Shown here in pieces: positions 34,843 through 45,312 of a stretch of DNA of 64,000 nt. The notes beneath the pieces are model-generated. The model saw nothing but the letters and a program-made list of their open reading frames with translations. It was not told the DNA's origin and ran no database searches. The translations under genes were made by a program, and so were the position numbers. Each line of letters begins with the position of its first letter. The stretch's first letter is position 1. Origin of the DNA: an uncultured Bacteroidia bacterium (lineage in GTDB: Bacteria; Bacteroidota; Bacteroidia; J057; JADKCL01); assembly GCA_964352215.1 (NCBI GenBank), contig CAYGRE010000005.1, positions 18,527 to 82,526 of the forward strand. Reading direction: 5' to 3'.

Positions 34843-35076
34843 ATGGATTTGAACAGAGACAGAAATGAGTTGATGGAGATGATCGGCCAGATTCAAAATG
34901 CTTCATTGATGGCTAATATTAAAGAAGTCGTCAGTGACCTTTTATTTCCTACAAACGGATTTGAATTGTCGGAAGAGCACCGGAAGATTCTTGATGAACG
35001 GATTGACAAGTATAAGTCTGGCGAAGGGAAGTTGTTTACGTGGGAGGAAGTAGTAGAAGATGTAAGGAAAAAGTGA
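34843..35076 (+). CDS. Antitoxin of the small addiction-module protein family
   Basis: 77 aa; FELSEEHRKILDERIDKYKSGEGKLFTWEEVVEDVRKK matches the C-terminal layout of the intact antitoxin at 46792. Confidence 0.6.
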   Translation: MDLNRDRNELMEMIGQIQNASLMANIKEVVSDLLFPTNGFELSEEHRKILDERIDKYKSGEGKLFTWEEVVEDVRKK

Positions 35077-35222
35077 GTAGGAAACATCAATTCTATTTTG
35101 CCGAGGAAGCAAAATTTGAAATCAAGGAAAGTTACAGATGGTATGAGGCAAGGACAATGAACCCAATTCCCGTTTTGTCCCACTCCCTTTTTTGCCCAAA
35201 ATCGCCGAAATTTCATCAATAG
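35073..35222 (+). pseudogene. Truncated RelE/ParE-type toxin
   Basis: GTG at 35073 overlaps the antitoxin stop; VSRKHQFYFAEEAKFEIKESYRWYEARTM matches the N-terminus of RelE/ParE toxins, then diverges and stops. Confidence 0.6.
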
Positions 35223-35372
35223 GACTGAAAGTAAAATTTACCAACCCGTCACATTTGCCCAGCTTATTGACATGGGGCGTCAAAGGGTGGTTGTATCTTT
35301 AGTTTAATAAGGAAGAGGGATTGGGCCCCCGTCGCTCTTCCAGGAACTAATTAACCTTTAAACAATTTTCTT

Positions 35373-36521
35373 ATGGACTTTTTATCACCAAAGTGTTGCG
35401 ACCTATCTGAGCAAGTAAACGAAGAACTCAAGGATATCTGCGAGTCTTATGTTTACTCAAATGACACTGAATGTATCATCTATATTGTTGATAGCTTCAG
35501 CCGATTGTATACCGTGGATCAGGTAACTGCGGTTGCTACCTTGATTGGCCCTGTTGGTTTCTCAAGTGTCACCGATATTGCCTGGGATGGTACAACTTTG
35601 TACGGAATTACTGGCGGTCAATTGATCTCGATCAACACCACTACGGGTGCAGGTACCCTGATTGGTAATTACAGTGCTCCTTCCAATGCATTGGATGCCG
35701 ATGCTGCTGGAGTATTGTATATGATGGGTGGTAACAACCTTTACACCTTGGATAAGGTGACTGCGGTTGCAACCCTGATCGGGCCCATGGGCGGAGGATT
35801 GAATTCTTCAGGTGACCTGGCTTTTGATGCCAGCGGAAACTTGTATGGATCATTCTCTGGTGGAATCCTGGGACGGATTAACCCCGTAACTGCAGCCGCT
35901 GCTGCGATTGGCCCATTTGGTTTCAACCCTGTTTATGGACTGGATTTCTGTAATGGTGTCCTTTATGGCATTACTTCAGGTGGTCAATTGTTGACTGTCA
36001 ACACCGCGACCGGTGCAGGAACTCTCGTCGGAAATACTGGTGTGGCTTCCGTTTTTGGAATGACCAGCGCCGAAATCAAGACTGAAGTTCCTTGTGATTC
36101 AGCTGAGTTGCCAAATGTTGAACCTGTATTTACTGTTAAGTATGGTGACGAAGTTGGTGATCTGATTGAAAAAACTGATGTTCAGTGCATTTGCATTACC
36201 GCTTGTAATCCTTATAAAAATCTCTGGTTCCGTCATGTAACCGTGATGATCACCGATATTCTTGATCCTGATGGCAATCCCGTCGAACCCAAGAATTTCC
36301 TGTTCAAGCCGACCCGCTTGGTTTGCTTTGGTGATCTGGCTCCATGTGCTTCTGAGACTGCAGCAGGCTGTGGTTGCGGAACATCTTCCTGCGCCAGCCG
36401 TGAATTCGTTCTGGTGACCCGCGATGCAGAACCAGGAAATTATACCATTAAATTCCAATACTGCTTCGATGTGGAATTTGGTTCCAGTGCAACGTATACT
36501 TTCGAATTGGAAGTCGTGTAA
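35373..36521 (+). CDS. Hypothetical beta-propeller-like protein with Cys-rich C-terminal region
   Basis: Internal repeats LYTVDQVTAVATLIGPVG / LYTLDKVTAVATLIGPMG and GGQLISINTTTGAGTLIG / GGQLLTVNTATGAGTLVG. Confidence 0.8.
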   Translation: MDFLSPKCCDLSEQVNEELKDICESYVYSNDTECIIYIVDSFSRLYTVDQVTAVATLIGPVGFSSVTDIAWDGTTLYGITGGQLISINTTTGAGTLIGNYSAPSNALDADAAGVLYMMGGNNLYTLDKVTAVATLIGPMGGGLNSSGDLAFDASGNLYGSFSGGILGRINPVTAAAAAIGPFGFNPVYGLDFCNGVLYGITSGGQLLTVNTATGAGTLVGNTGVASVFGMTSAEIKTEVPCDSAELPNVEPVFTVKYGDEVGDLIEKTDVQCICITACNPYKNLWFRHVTVMITDILDPDGNPVEPKNFLFKPTRLVCFGDLAPCASETAAGCGCGTSSCASREFVLVTRDAEPGNYTIKFQYCFDVEFGSSATYTFELEVV

Positions 36522-36596
36522 TCGCTGCCAATATTTCAAAAAAGGAGCTGCCGGAATTTGAGGCTGTGTAAAAACGTCTTGAAAGTCGGTCTAAGC

Positions 36597-36642
36597 AACC
36601 CGCTGTTTTTCGGTAATTTAATTACTGTAAAGACAGCGGGTT
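36597..36642. terminator. Inverted repeat, possible terminator after 35373-36521
   Basis: AACCCGCTGT (36597-36606) ... ACAGCGGGTT (36633-36642), 26-nt loop containing gtaatttaattac, followed by a short T run. Confidence 0.45.
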
Positions 36643-36932
36643 TTGCATTTTGTCAAAAGTGAGAATCGTCACCAGGCCCCCTTGGTCACCAGCTTAAATG
36701 ACTTCGTTATAGCCGAAAGTGGTGGGCCGATTTTACCTCCTAAAGGACGATTTGCCTCGGCTGAGGGCACCCGGACCCTCGGAACCGGACTCTTGTTTCA
36801 GACCCCTTGATGGTGTTTGTTGAGGATTTGAAGCTGTTTTCAAAAATTCGAATTTGATCTAGAATGACCAATGGTTGGAGTTCAAATACCTAACACGTGG
36901 CAGAAGAAATTCATATGATACATTCTTGGATA

Positions 36933-37526
36933 TCAGCCCCAACACCTCACCTTTAACAAGGCTGAATGTGCAATTCCATGCCCAGGGTCTGAGGGCGTAG
37001 TATCTTCCAACCAAATTTCAGTTTTATCTTCAGCAATCACATCAAACAATCCCTTCAGTCTCCGAGTAAGTTCTTCGGTAAGTTGTTCAAACCGCAGAGA
37101 GGTATTTTCTGCCTCATCAGAACTATCGAAAGCGACCTGCCCCCTGAAAAGCTGGTGATCTCCAAAGATTACCAGAACACGCTGACAGAAGTCATTTAGG
37201 AGTCTATTTTTGTCCATTTCCCCTTTTTGCCACCTGGGGAACAGCAAACCGACTTCATGTCGCAGGCGTTCACGGACCAACTGATCATTCAAACCCCGTT
37301 CTTCGATTTCCAAAGTTTCCAATACACTTTCGAAAATGAAATCGACATCCCTCTCCCGGTTCTGTATGACTTTGCCTTTCACAGACTTCAAGGCAAGTTG
37401 AAGGGGAAGGGAAACCTCTACTTCCCACTTTTCAGTATCTCCTTCATATTCCATCTTAATGAAGTCCTTTCTGCTGATTCGGATTTCTTCCAGTAAGGAT
37501 TCGATACATTCCCAAAGTCTGGTCAT
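36933..37526 (-). CDS. Hypothetical protein, translationally coupled to the upstream metalloprotease-like gene
   Basis: 197 aa; start overlaps the stop of 37523-39682 by 4 bp (ATGA). Confidence 0.7.
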   Translation of the reverse strand: MTRLWECIESLLEEIRISRKDFIKMEYEGDTEKWEVEVSLPLQLALKSVKGKVIQNRERDVDFIFESVLETLEIEERGLNDQLVRERLRHEVGLLFPRWQKGEMDKNRLLNDFCQRVLVIFGDHQLFRGQVAFDSSDEAENTSLRFEQLTEELTRRLKGLFDVIAEDKTEIWLEDTTPSDPGHGIAHSALLKVRCWG

Positions 37527-39682
37527 TGGGTTGGCGAATTTGAGGTCTTGAGGATAAAGGTATGTGCCCCTGTGATACCTTTGTTATCCCATTGCTCAAT
37601 ATGGACTGGATAAGAGGCATTCACTGCTTTCCTGGTAGGACACACGGTAAAGTGAAACAACCTTATCCGATTGAAAACTTTCGGGAGCCGCCGACCGGGT
37701 ATCGGTATTATAATTTCCTGGAGGGAAGAATTGGGGTTCGAATTCACGACCTCTTTATTTATGGGGTTGAATGTACTATCCGCATGGAATGAATAATTTA
37801 ATCTTCCACCCGCGTCCAGAAATGTCTGCTGTGTTTCAGGAGAAGGTGAAAACCAAATTCGGATTGAATCGCGGATTAGCTTCTTGTACGGTATAGAATT
37901 AACCATACTACATGGATCTACGCGAACAAATTCATTGCTGCTAGTTCCAGTTGATGGTTTGCTTAAAATCATTTTATTGGAAGCACGCCCTGCAACTTTA
38001 TTTTTATTTACAACGAATTCTACGGCCCATTTGTCGTCTGGAAGGGCATCAGGGGTCTTGTTTTTATGGAATTGCGCGATAAACCGACACTGTTCGGAGC
38101 CTAGGGTTCCGGCAGGAATTTTGAGTTCAATGATCTGGATGGATTCTTGGGGAATGTTGATATCGTGAACCGTTCCAATGGCAGTAAAATCTGCCATCCT
38201 GCTTGAAATTGCATTGCAGTTCTGGTATGCGGTCAGCGAACCACTAACAATCCGGCTGCTACCATTGCGAACAATCACATACAAATAATTGTCGGTGCCA
38301 GGTATCGGATTTTGAGAATCATACAAGTGGATTCGAAGAGAATCTGGTTCGTTTCGCAAATAGATCTGAGGAGAAAAAAGAGGCACAGAAGCATCTGGAG
38401 TATTATTACTTGGTTCAATTCCATTGTCTTGGAAATAGTCCTGGATCAGGGCTTCTCTTACCATCATTAGGCAACGATTGGTGGACACCAGGCGTGCGCC
38501 AGCTATGATTTCGTCAAGAAATGAATTACTGCAATTCCCTCCATCAAAAACATATTGGGGTACACGTTTGATTCTTTTAACATTTCCCATGATGGTTTGA
38601 CGCGTTTCACCGTTGATGATTTTCAGGCAGGTAGAGTCTGCATGGTAATCACCGATGATGAGGTGCCCAATCTCATGTGCGAATAGATACTTTTTCGTGG
38701 GGGTTTGTGTTCGCAATACCGCGACAGCTTTTGACTCGCTGGCATAACCGTTATAGGTTGTATCTGCATTTTTTACAAAGACCATATACAGATCTGCATT
38801 GAAGCGCTCCCTTTCGGCTGCGAGGTTTTTATCTGTTATGATGAAGCTGTCAAGTTTGGACTTTAGATCAAGTGATTTCGATTCCAAACCGGCAGGATAA
38901 CCTTCGTATTCGCCAATATGATTCAGGTTAAGTCTTACCGGAATTCCATTCTTTGCGAAACTTTCATTTGCTTTTTCAATGGACATCAGGATATTGGCTT
39001 CGATTCCCAATATACCTCCACTTGCATTACGGGCAGAATCGGTATAGACCACCATCAAGTCGATTACCGTATTTCCGTAAGCGTTATCACAATTTAAGTT
39101 GCTTCGTGGCTTTCCGGTGTTACCTACATGTGGAAGATTGTCATAGGTCACCAATTCTTCAGAGTCTACTTTCCCAAGTATGTAGCTCCCTACAATACAT
39201 TTGCGCAACTCATAGTCGTTTCCACCATAAGAAAGATCACCTTCCAAAAATCCATCTGCGGAAAGAGAATCTCCTCCTCTGTAAATCAAGGTTGCCGTAC
39301 CATTCAGGCTATCGGCTGAGCTGAATTGCCATGTTTCATCAAAGATGTCACCTTTGCGGCTCTCCAAAACGAACAAGGCTGAGTCCCGGTCCAGAACAGC
39401 CAATACCGTATCTTGAGGTTCTATGGTATCCAACCTCGCAAGATCAAGTGTTACTATTTTCGTGGATTCATAGTAACTCATGGTCATGGCCTTACATGAG
39501 TCGGGAACCGCATCCGGACTGTGGATAAGCGGAGGGCCATAGCTGGCCTTCGGTTTGCCTTTCTTAAGGTTGCAAGGAGCACCACAATCCTGGTCTTTAC
39601 ATGAAGCCAGAATAAGAATGCAGGAGAGCAATGACAACACAAAACTCTGCATGGAGGTAGGTATGGTGAATGGGGTTTTCAT
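37523..39682 (-). CDS. Putative zinc metalloprotease lipoprotein (metzincin-like)
   Basis: Lipobox ILILASC; FAHEIGHLIIGDYHADSTC zinc site; preceding VIDLMVVYTDSARNASGG...ANILMSIEKANESFAKNGIPVRLNL typical of M12-like secreted peptidases. Confidence 0.75.
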   Translation of the reverse strand: MKTPFTIPTSMQSFVLSLLSCILILASCKDQDCGAPCNLKKGKPKASYGPPLIHSPDAVPDSCKAMTMSYYESTKIVTLDLARLDTIEPQDTVLAVLDRDSALFVLESRKGDIFDETWQFSSADSLNGTATLIYRGGDSLSADGFLEGDLSYGGNDYELRKCIVGSYILGKVDSEELVTYDNLPHVGNTGKPRSNLNCDNAYGNTVIDLMVVYTDSARNASGGILGIEANILMSIEKANESFAKNGIPVRLNLNHIGEYEGYPAGLESKSLDLKSKLDSFIITDKNLAAERERFNADLYMVFVKNADTTYNGYASESKAVAVLRTQTPTKKYLFAHEIGHLIIGDYHADSTCLKIINGETRQTIMGNVKRIKRVPQYVFDGGNCSNSFLDEIIAGARLVSTNRCLMMVREALIQDYFQDNGIEPSNNTPDASVPLFSPQIYLRNEPDSLRIHLYDSQNPIPGTDNYLYVIVRNGSSRIVSGSLTAYQNCNAISSRMADFTAIGTVHDINIPQESIQIIELKIPAGTLGSEQCRFIAQFHKNKTPDALPDDKWAVEFVVNKNKVAGRASNKMILSKPSTGTSSNEFVRVDPCSMVNSIPYKKLIRDSIRIWFSPSPETQQTFLDAGGRLNYSFHADSTFNPINKEVVNSNPNSSLQEIIIPIPGRRLPKVFNRIRLFHFTVCPTRKAVNASYPVHIEQWDNKGITGAHTFILKTSNSPTQ

Positions 39683-39840
39683 GTTTTATAGTTATTTAAC
39701 TGATGTCGAGCCTGGTGACTTTAACCAATGGGCATGTATGACATTTGGTATTCTTGAATACATTGGTGGCCAACCGATATGAGAAATAATTCATACTTTG
39801 TGTAATCAATTGACCTTTTGACGTTGGGAAAGAACATTTT

Positions 39841-41331
39841 ATGGACACTGAATCCTCCAAATCACTCTGGAAGCGTAAGCCGTTTCGAATTCTTCGACTC
39901 ATGGAGTCAAAGGAAATTGATCTCTTTGAAGTCTTCCTGTCAGCATCTCTTTTCAAGTCCGGAAGCGACAATCAATTGCAGGTGTTTTTCGGGCACTGCC
40001 GAAAAATGGGAATCTGGAACACTGAGATAGGTCGCGATGAATTTTTGGAGAAAAGGGGACTGAAGATGAGCAACAATACTTTTGACAAGCTGATCTCCCG
40101 CCTTTACAATCGTTTGATTGATTATGCAGGTATTCATGGACTTTTGAAACAGCCGGCTGAATTGTATCCCTATGCCCTGAAATACTTCAAGGAGAGGGCC
40201 ATCAGCCCGGAAGAAATTGAAAAGAAAATGTCCGAGTGCCGGCGCATGTTGAAAAATCAATTCCCCAATGCAGACCATTATCGGATTTCGCTCGACTTGC
40301 GGCTTGAACTTGCAACGGCTTCGCAAGCTCGTGCCGAAAAACCAAGCGACCGGGGGTTGGATATGCTTCATTTGGATTTGGATGACTATTATATCACCCA
40401 GAAACTCCGTTTTCTTTGTGCATCCAGCAATGAACAATTGGTTTATGGCCATCGATGGGAGCCACCAGCAAAAAACGAATTGTTGCAATGGATGAAGTCC
40501 TCCTTTGACACCATGCCGAACCTGGCCAAAGCATATTTCCATGCCTATATGATTTTGAATAGTGAAAATGAAACTTTTCACTTTCACAAGTTCCGAGATT
40601 TGCTCACCACCTGGGGGACGGACTATGTGGAAGAAGTAGAAATCACCGATTTGTACGGCTATCTGCTCAACTACTTCACCATTCGACTCAACAACGGTGA
40701 CCTTTCGACCCTCACAAAGATCAATGAGCTTTTTACCGATCTCCTGGGTTGGGGAACATTGCTTGAAAATGGTAGAATTTCTCCTGATTACTTTCACAAC
40801 GTGATTGCAATCAAATGTCGTTTGGGGAAAGTGGACGAAGCCAGAGCCTTTATGGCAGATTTCGCTTCCAGACTCACACGTACCCAGGACAACACCGCTA
40901 TTGGCTACAATGAAATCTTCATTGCATTCTACGAAGGCAGGTACAATGAGGTCAGGAAAAAGGCGGAAGCGATGATGGAATTGTCTGATACCAACAAAGC
41001 CGACCAATACTATGGATTGAATTTGAGATGCTTGCTGCTCAAAACCTATTTTTCTTCTCTTGGAGAGCTGGATCTTGCCGCATGGGACGAAGCGGAAGAG
41101 AAGTTTCAAGGATTGTTGCGGTCGTTTCGTGGCTACATCGAGCGAAAAGACATTTCCCGGATGTCTAAGGTTCGGTTTGAAAATTTTCGGAAAGCTGTTC
41201 ACCGCCTGTATCATGTTCACTATGCCTTGCCAGAAACTGAAGATTTTTCTGCAGTGAAGAAGGAGCTGCTGCAGGATTTCAACAGCAGCTCCAATCTTCC
41301 GGATAAGGGTTGGTTCATAGCTCAGGTTTGA
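39841..41331 (+). CDS. Hypothetical alpha-helical (TPR-like) protein
   Basis: 496 aa; helical repeat style, resembles 60873-62246 in organisation. Confidence 0.75.
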   Translation: MDTESSKSLWKRKPFRILRLMESKEIDLFEVFLSASLFKSGSDNQLQVFFGHCRKMGIWNTEIGRDEFLEKRGLKMSNNTFDKLISRLYNRLIDYAGIHGLLKQPAELYPYALKYFKERAISPEEIEKKMSECRRMLKNQFPNADHYRISLDLRLELATASQARAEKPSDRGLDMLHLDLDDYYITQKLRFLCASSNEQLVYGHRWEPPAKNELLQWMKSSFDTMPNLAKAYFHAYMILNSENETFHFHKFRDLLTTWGTDYVEEVEITDLYGYLLNYFTIRLNNGDLSTLTKINELFTDLLGWGTLLENGRISPDYFHNVIAIKCRLGKVDEARAFMADFASRLTRTQDNTAIGYNEIFIAFYEGRYNEVRKKAEAMMELSDTNKADQYYGLNLRCLLLKTYFSSLGELDLAAWDEAEEKFQGLLRSFRGYIERKDISRMSKVRFENFRKAVHRLYHVHYALPETEDFSAVKKELLQDFNSSSNLPDKGWFIAQV

Positions 41332-41348
41332 ACTGAAGAAATTTCGGT

Positions 41349-42002
41349 TCAATTTCCACCTCCTTCAACCGCTACGACTACACAAAGCCCGCCGCCGACA
41401 CAAGAGATGCCATCCATGTTCCCGTTGGGGTTTTTTACGGTAAAGGTCATTCCAGCCTCCCACTCCCGGCTAAAACCGTAGCTCGTCAGGGAAATTTTGC
41501 CATCGGTAATCGTCAAGTCTTGGTTGGTAAAATTTCTTTGGGAGGATCCAGATAGTGAAACCGTCAGGATATCACCATCCGACACCGGGCCATCAACAAT
41601 GAGGTAGTCTACCGAGCAACTGCACCTGCAGCATTTGGAAAACGATTCCAGGTTGTACAGGCAATCCTCTTCCAGATTGACCTCGTATACTTTTGTGTCA
41701 TTTGTCATGGGAGAAATTTCCTCAAAAAGAAATGAGACCTCATTAGATCCCGGAAAAACGTCCTGACATTGAGATGGTCCTTCTGGTATTTTTTTACTTG
41801 AGTCAGCCGTTTTGGTCAGTTCAGAAATAGTCGAATCCAGAAAAACTATACGCTCAGAAAGTGAATCTACTCTCGCTTGCAGAAGCTTCTTATCATCTTC
41901 CTGATGGCTGCTTTCGCAACCTGTGAAGAGAATAAGAAAGGTAATAGGGGCTATCGCGATGAAGCCTCTTGATACAAATTTGATAACATGTTTCGGGTTC
42001 AT
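41349..42002 (-). CDS. Hypothetical lipoprotein
   Basis: FIAIAPITFLILFTGCESS lipobox; 217 aa. Confidence 0.75.
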   Translation of the reverse strand: MNPKHVIKFVSRGFIAIAPITFLILFTGCESSHQEDDKKLLQARVDSLSERIVFLDSTISELTKTADSSKKIPEGPSQCQDVFPGSNEVSFLFEEISPMTNDTKVYEVNLEEDCLYNLESFSKCCRCSCSVDYLIVDGPVSDGDILTVSLSGSSQRNFTNQDLTITDGKISLTSYGFSREWEAGMTFTVKNPNGNMDGISCVGGGLCVVVAVEGGGN

Positions 42003-42486
42003 AATGGTAATGGATTATTGGTCAATGTGTTTTTGAAACAGCGGCAAATTAGTTCGGGTCTGTTGTGGTTGAAAACACAGGTTTGGTATTTTCTTCCTTA
42101 CCGCAAACAGATAACAATTCTCTTTTTTGTCGATCCAGGCCATTAAGGGGCCCTTTCTAGAGCAAAAACTTATTCAGGAGGGTTCCGGCAATTGATCTTT
42201 TTGTAATGAATTCTATTTTTTCCTGGCTATCTGAAGGGAAGAAAACCAGAAACATGTGATTGTGGATTAAGCAAGGCCTGCGTGGAATTTGACGGTCTTT
42301 TGTTTCCGCCAGCATATTGTGGGACTGCACCCTGGAGGAAGATTATCGAAATCATGTGAATGGCCGCATCACCTCGAGCTGCCATATTGCAACCGTTCCA
42401 GCCGCTCAAATTCGAATCGGGCAAAGGAACTACCAGACAACCCTTAATACAATCCTCTTTCATTTAACCCAGTACTTCAAACAATT

Positions 42487-45312
42487 ATGTCAGAACTATT
42501 TAAAATGTCGCTCGTCCGGCCTGCTTATGGTCAATCTATTGTAGAGGCGAGAAAAAAAGCCTTCTTCACTCACTCGAAGGAATACCAGTCGGAGCGTTAC
42601 CTAGGCTGGCTGCGTCAAGCCAAAGCGGAAAACTTTCTTGAATTGGAATCATCGATGAGAAGCTTCCTTGAAAGCGGTGAAGCATTGCGGAGTCTCGATC
42701 AGATTCCTGAAATCTTACGCAAGCCGATTGAGTTTGCGCAAGAACACGGTTACGCATTTTCGGTTGCAGAATTTGCCCGTACCATCATATCGGAACCCAA
42801 GGCAAAGGAATTGGAACCCATTCGGCGAAAGACTCTGCTTCTCTTGCAAGACCAATTGTTGGCTGAAACCCAGGTCGTAGATGCCCAACCCGGTAAAGTG
42901 GATTTGCAAAAAGCAATCCTGACCTTGGAGTTGGTTCGCATGGTCGGAGAATATGGCCCTGAAAAGCTGAAAATGCCCGTGAAAGCCCTTTATGAAAAGC
43001 CGGTTGTTATTGACTTTCCGACAACCCTGCTTGAACACTGCGCTCGATTGCGGAATATAGAACCCTCCAGCACTGGTGACCCGAATAGCAATGGCGAGAC
43101 TAGAGATGATCCGAAGAAGGATTGTTTGTGTCACGAAAAAGAAGGCAAGGATCCATGTGACTGTAAATGTGATGAAAATTGTTATGAGCAAGATCCTTGT
43201 TGCGCTCGGATCATACCGTATGTGGCGGAGCTGTATGTGGTCAAAGACGAACTCAAGTGCTATGTCCCTGCGGAAATTTCCTACATCGAAAATGTAATCC
43301 ATGGAGAAACCCGGGAGAGAACGCACCGGAGACTTTCCAGGGAAGAGACTTATTTTGAGCGGGAAGAAGAAAAAAATACGGTTGAACAAAGGGACCATGA
43401 ATTCGAGGAGCGGTTTGCCTTGAAGCGTGAGGTGGAAACAGTGCTTCAAACGGAGCTTGGAATGCAAACAGGTGCCACATTTACCTATGGCGGCGACACC
43501 GCTCCCATGAAGTTTACCGCACATACAAATTTCAGTTTTGACCTTGACCGCAAGAACACCCGAAAGATGGTTCAGGATGAATCCAAAACCGTAATTTCCA
43601 AAGCCCTTTCCCGAGTCGAAACGAAGGTGCGGACCCTGACCAGCCGACGGGTGATAAATGAAATTGAGGAAACCAATCACCATGTACTTAAAGGATTAAC
43701 CGGTGACATGTCTCGTCAATTCTTGAATGTCAATCAACTCTGCAAGGCACAGGTATTTAGCTATGGTTCGCGGATGATGCTGGACCTGTACCTGCCCGGA
43801 CCTTCCGAGTTGTTCAAGCGGATGCTTGAGAAAGAGTTTGGCGGAGAAAAGCCAGAGAAGCCCTGTATCAACATCGAAGACATTCAGCCAAGGGATTATG
43901 ACAAGTATGTCCAGTGCTATGGATTTACGGACCTCGAACCTCCTGTCATGCCGCTTCCCCCCAAAACAATGACTTTAGAGATCAAGAGGGAAAAGCCCAA
44001 AAAAGGCGGTAGCAACTGGGGTGAAACATACCCAATTACCATTCCGGCAGGTTACTATGTCTCAGAAATGAAACTTGACAATTCGGTGATTAATGCCAGT
44101 GGTATCGTCTTAAATAAAAGTAATCATTATGTCAGTTTTAACTTTGGCGGGCGAACCTTGGTCGATACGATGGACAATACTTCTCCGCCAGATGATTTCG
44201 GTCCAAAGACAGGCATGAATGTTTCTGGGGCGGGTAACGCGACTATTTCTACGAAGTGGCTCAAAAGGTTTGATATTCGGATTCAGCTGAAGCTCACCCC
44301 CCTTCCAGTTGACAATTCCGGATGGCAGCGAGAGGTCTGGCGCCGCATTTATGAAAAATATGAGCTGGAGTTGGCGGCCTATGAAAAGGCATTGAGTGAG
44401 CATGAAGACGACAAGCGGAGAAAGTACAATCAAAATCCGGGGATTCTTTCGGAATTGATGAAGGAACAGCTCAAGCATGCTGCAATCTCCTATATATCAT
44501 GCCAGTTTTTCGATAACAACAATGCGCTGGTCAATCGGGTGGAACCTTGCGGATATCCTCAGATGGACCTGCGTGAGACAAAACGGGAAGGGCAGTTTAT
44601 GCGATTCTTTGAGCAGGCGTTCGAGTGGAATTTCATGAGTTACATGCTCTATCCCTACTATTGGGACCGCAAATACACCTGGGAGGACAAACTCGGGGAA
44701 CAGTCAGAAAACAACCTCTTCACAAAGTTTCTTCAATCGGGCGGGGCACGTATAACCATTCCGGTAAGGCTGCTGTTTGAAGGGTTCGTAAACTTTTTCC
44801 TGCAAACACGGCGGATCTGGGGCCCCACCGGTACGCCCCCATCCTTTAGTGATCCTGCATTCCTTGCCATTGAACAGGAGATCAGGGAAAGCATGAATAA
44901 TTTCAATGCCGACCGCGATGGGGAGGTGATTTGTGACACCAGCTTAGGCCTGGCAGCAAACCAGATCGTTTTGCGGAACAGTTCCGAATACCTTGATTTT
45001 ACCAACCCTGCATTTCCTGTTTACGACCAGGCACTGGCAGACCTGGACCATGACCGGGAGATTTTCGTCAATTGTAAGCGGTACCGGATCATGTCCATTC
45101 ACAAAGACATATCCACTGGCGAAATCATCCTGACGCTCGATCGGGACTTTGATGAGACAAAGGACTTCCCTTGGGATTGGTCTACCGGAGCACTATTTAT
45201 CGGAGCAGCTTGGGAGTTCCTCAAGCCGACCTCTTTGATCTGGTTGAGAGAAGAATCTCGCTGCCTCCCCTGTTATCCCATTGCTTGTACTGAAAATGCT
45301 GTAGTATTATGA
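42487..45312 (+). CDS. Large uncharacterised 941 aa protein with Cys-rich segment
   Basis: CLCHEKEGKDPCDCKCDENCYEQDPCCARIIPYVAELYVVKDELKCYVPAEISYIENVIHGETRERTHRRLSREETYFEREEE; no signal peptide. Confidence 0.85.
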   Translation: MSELFKMSLVRPAYGQSIVEARKKAFFTHSKEYQSERYLGWLRQAKAENFLELESSMRSFLESGEALRSLDQIPEILRKPIEFAQEHGYAFSVAEFARTIISEPKAKELEPIRRKTLLLLQDQLLAETQVVDAQPGKVDLQKAILTLELVRMVGEYGPEKLKMPVKALYEKPVVIDFPTTLLEHCARLRNIEPSSTGDPNSNGETRDDPKKDCLCHEKEGKDPCDCKCDENCYEQDPCCARIIPYVAELYVVKDELKCYVPAEISYIENVIHGETRERTHRRLSREETYFEREEEKNTVEQRDHEFEERFALKREVETVLQTELGMQTGATFTYGGDTAPMKFTAHTNFSFDLDRKNTRKMVQDESKTVISKALSRVETKVRTLTSRRVINEIEETNHHVLKGLTGDMSRQFLNVNQLCKAQVFSYGSRMMLDLYLPGPSELFKRMLEKEFGGEKPEKPCINIEDIQPRDYDKYVQCYGFTDLEPPVMPLPPKTMTLEIKREKPKKGGSNWGETYPITIPAGYYVSEMKLDNSVINASGIVLNKSNHYVSFNFGGRTLVDTMDNTSPPDDFGPKTGMNVSGAGNATISTKWLKRFDIRIQLKLTPLPVDNSGWQREVWRRIYEKYELELAAYEKALSEHEDDKRRKYNQNPGILSELMKEQLKHAAISYISCQFFDNNNALVNRVEPCGYPQMDLRETKREGQFMRFFEQAFEWNFMSYMLYPYYWDRKYTWEDKLGEQSENNLFTKFLQSGGARITIPVRLLFEGFVNFFLQTRRIWGPTGTPPSFSDPAFLAIEQEIRESMNNFNADRDGEVICDTSLGLAANQIVLRNSSEYLDFTNPAFPVYDQALADLDHDREIFVNCKRYRIMSIHKDISTGEIILTLDRDFDETKDFPWDWSTGALFIGAAWEFLKPTSLIWLREESRCLPCYPIACTENAVVL

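Noticed and set aside
39940-41352. 470 aa minus ORF
   Set aside because: Antisense to 39841-41331; no signal, motif or plausible start context.
42715-43683. 322 aa minus ORF
   Set aside because: Antisense shadow of the 941 aa gene, whose frame runs through without interruption.
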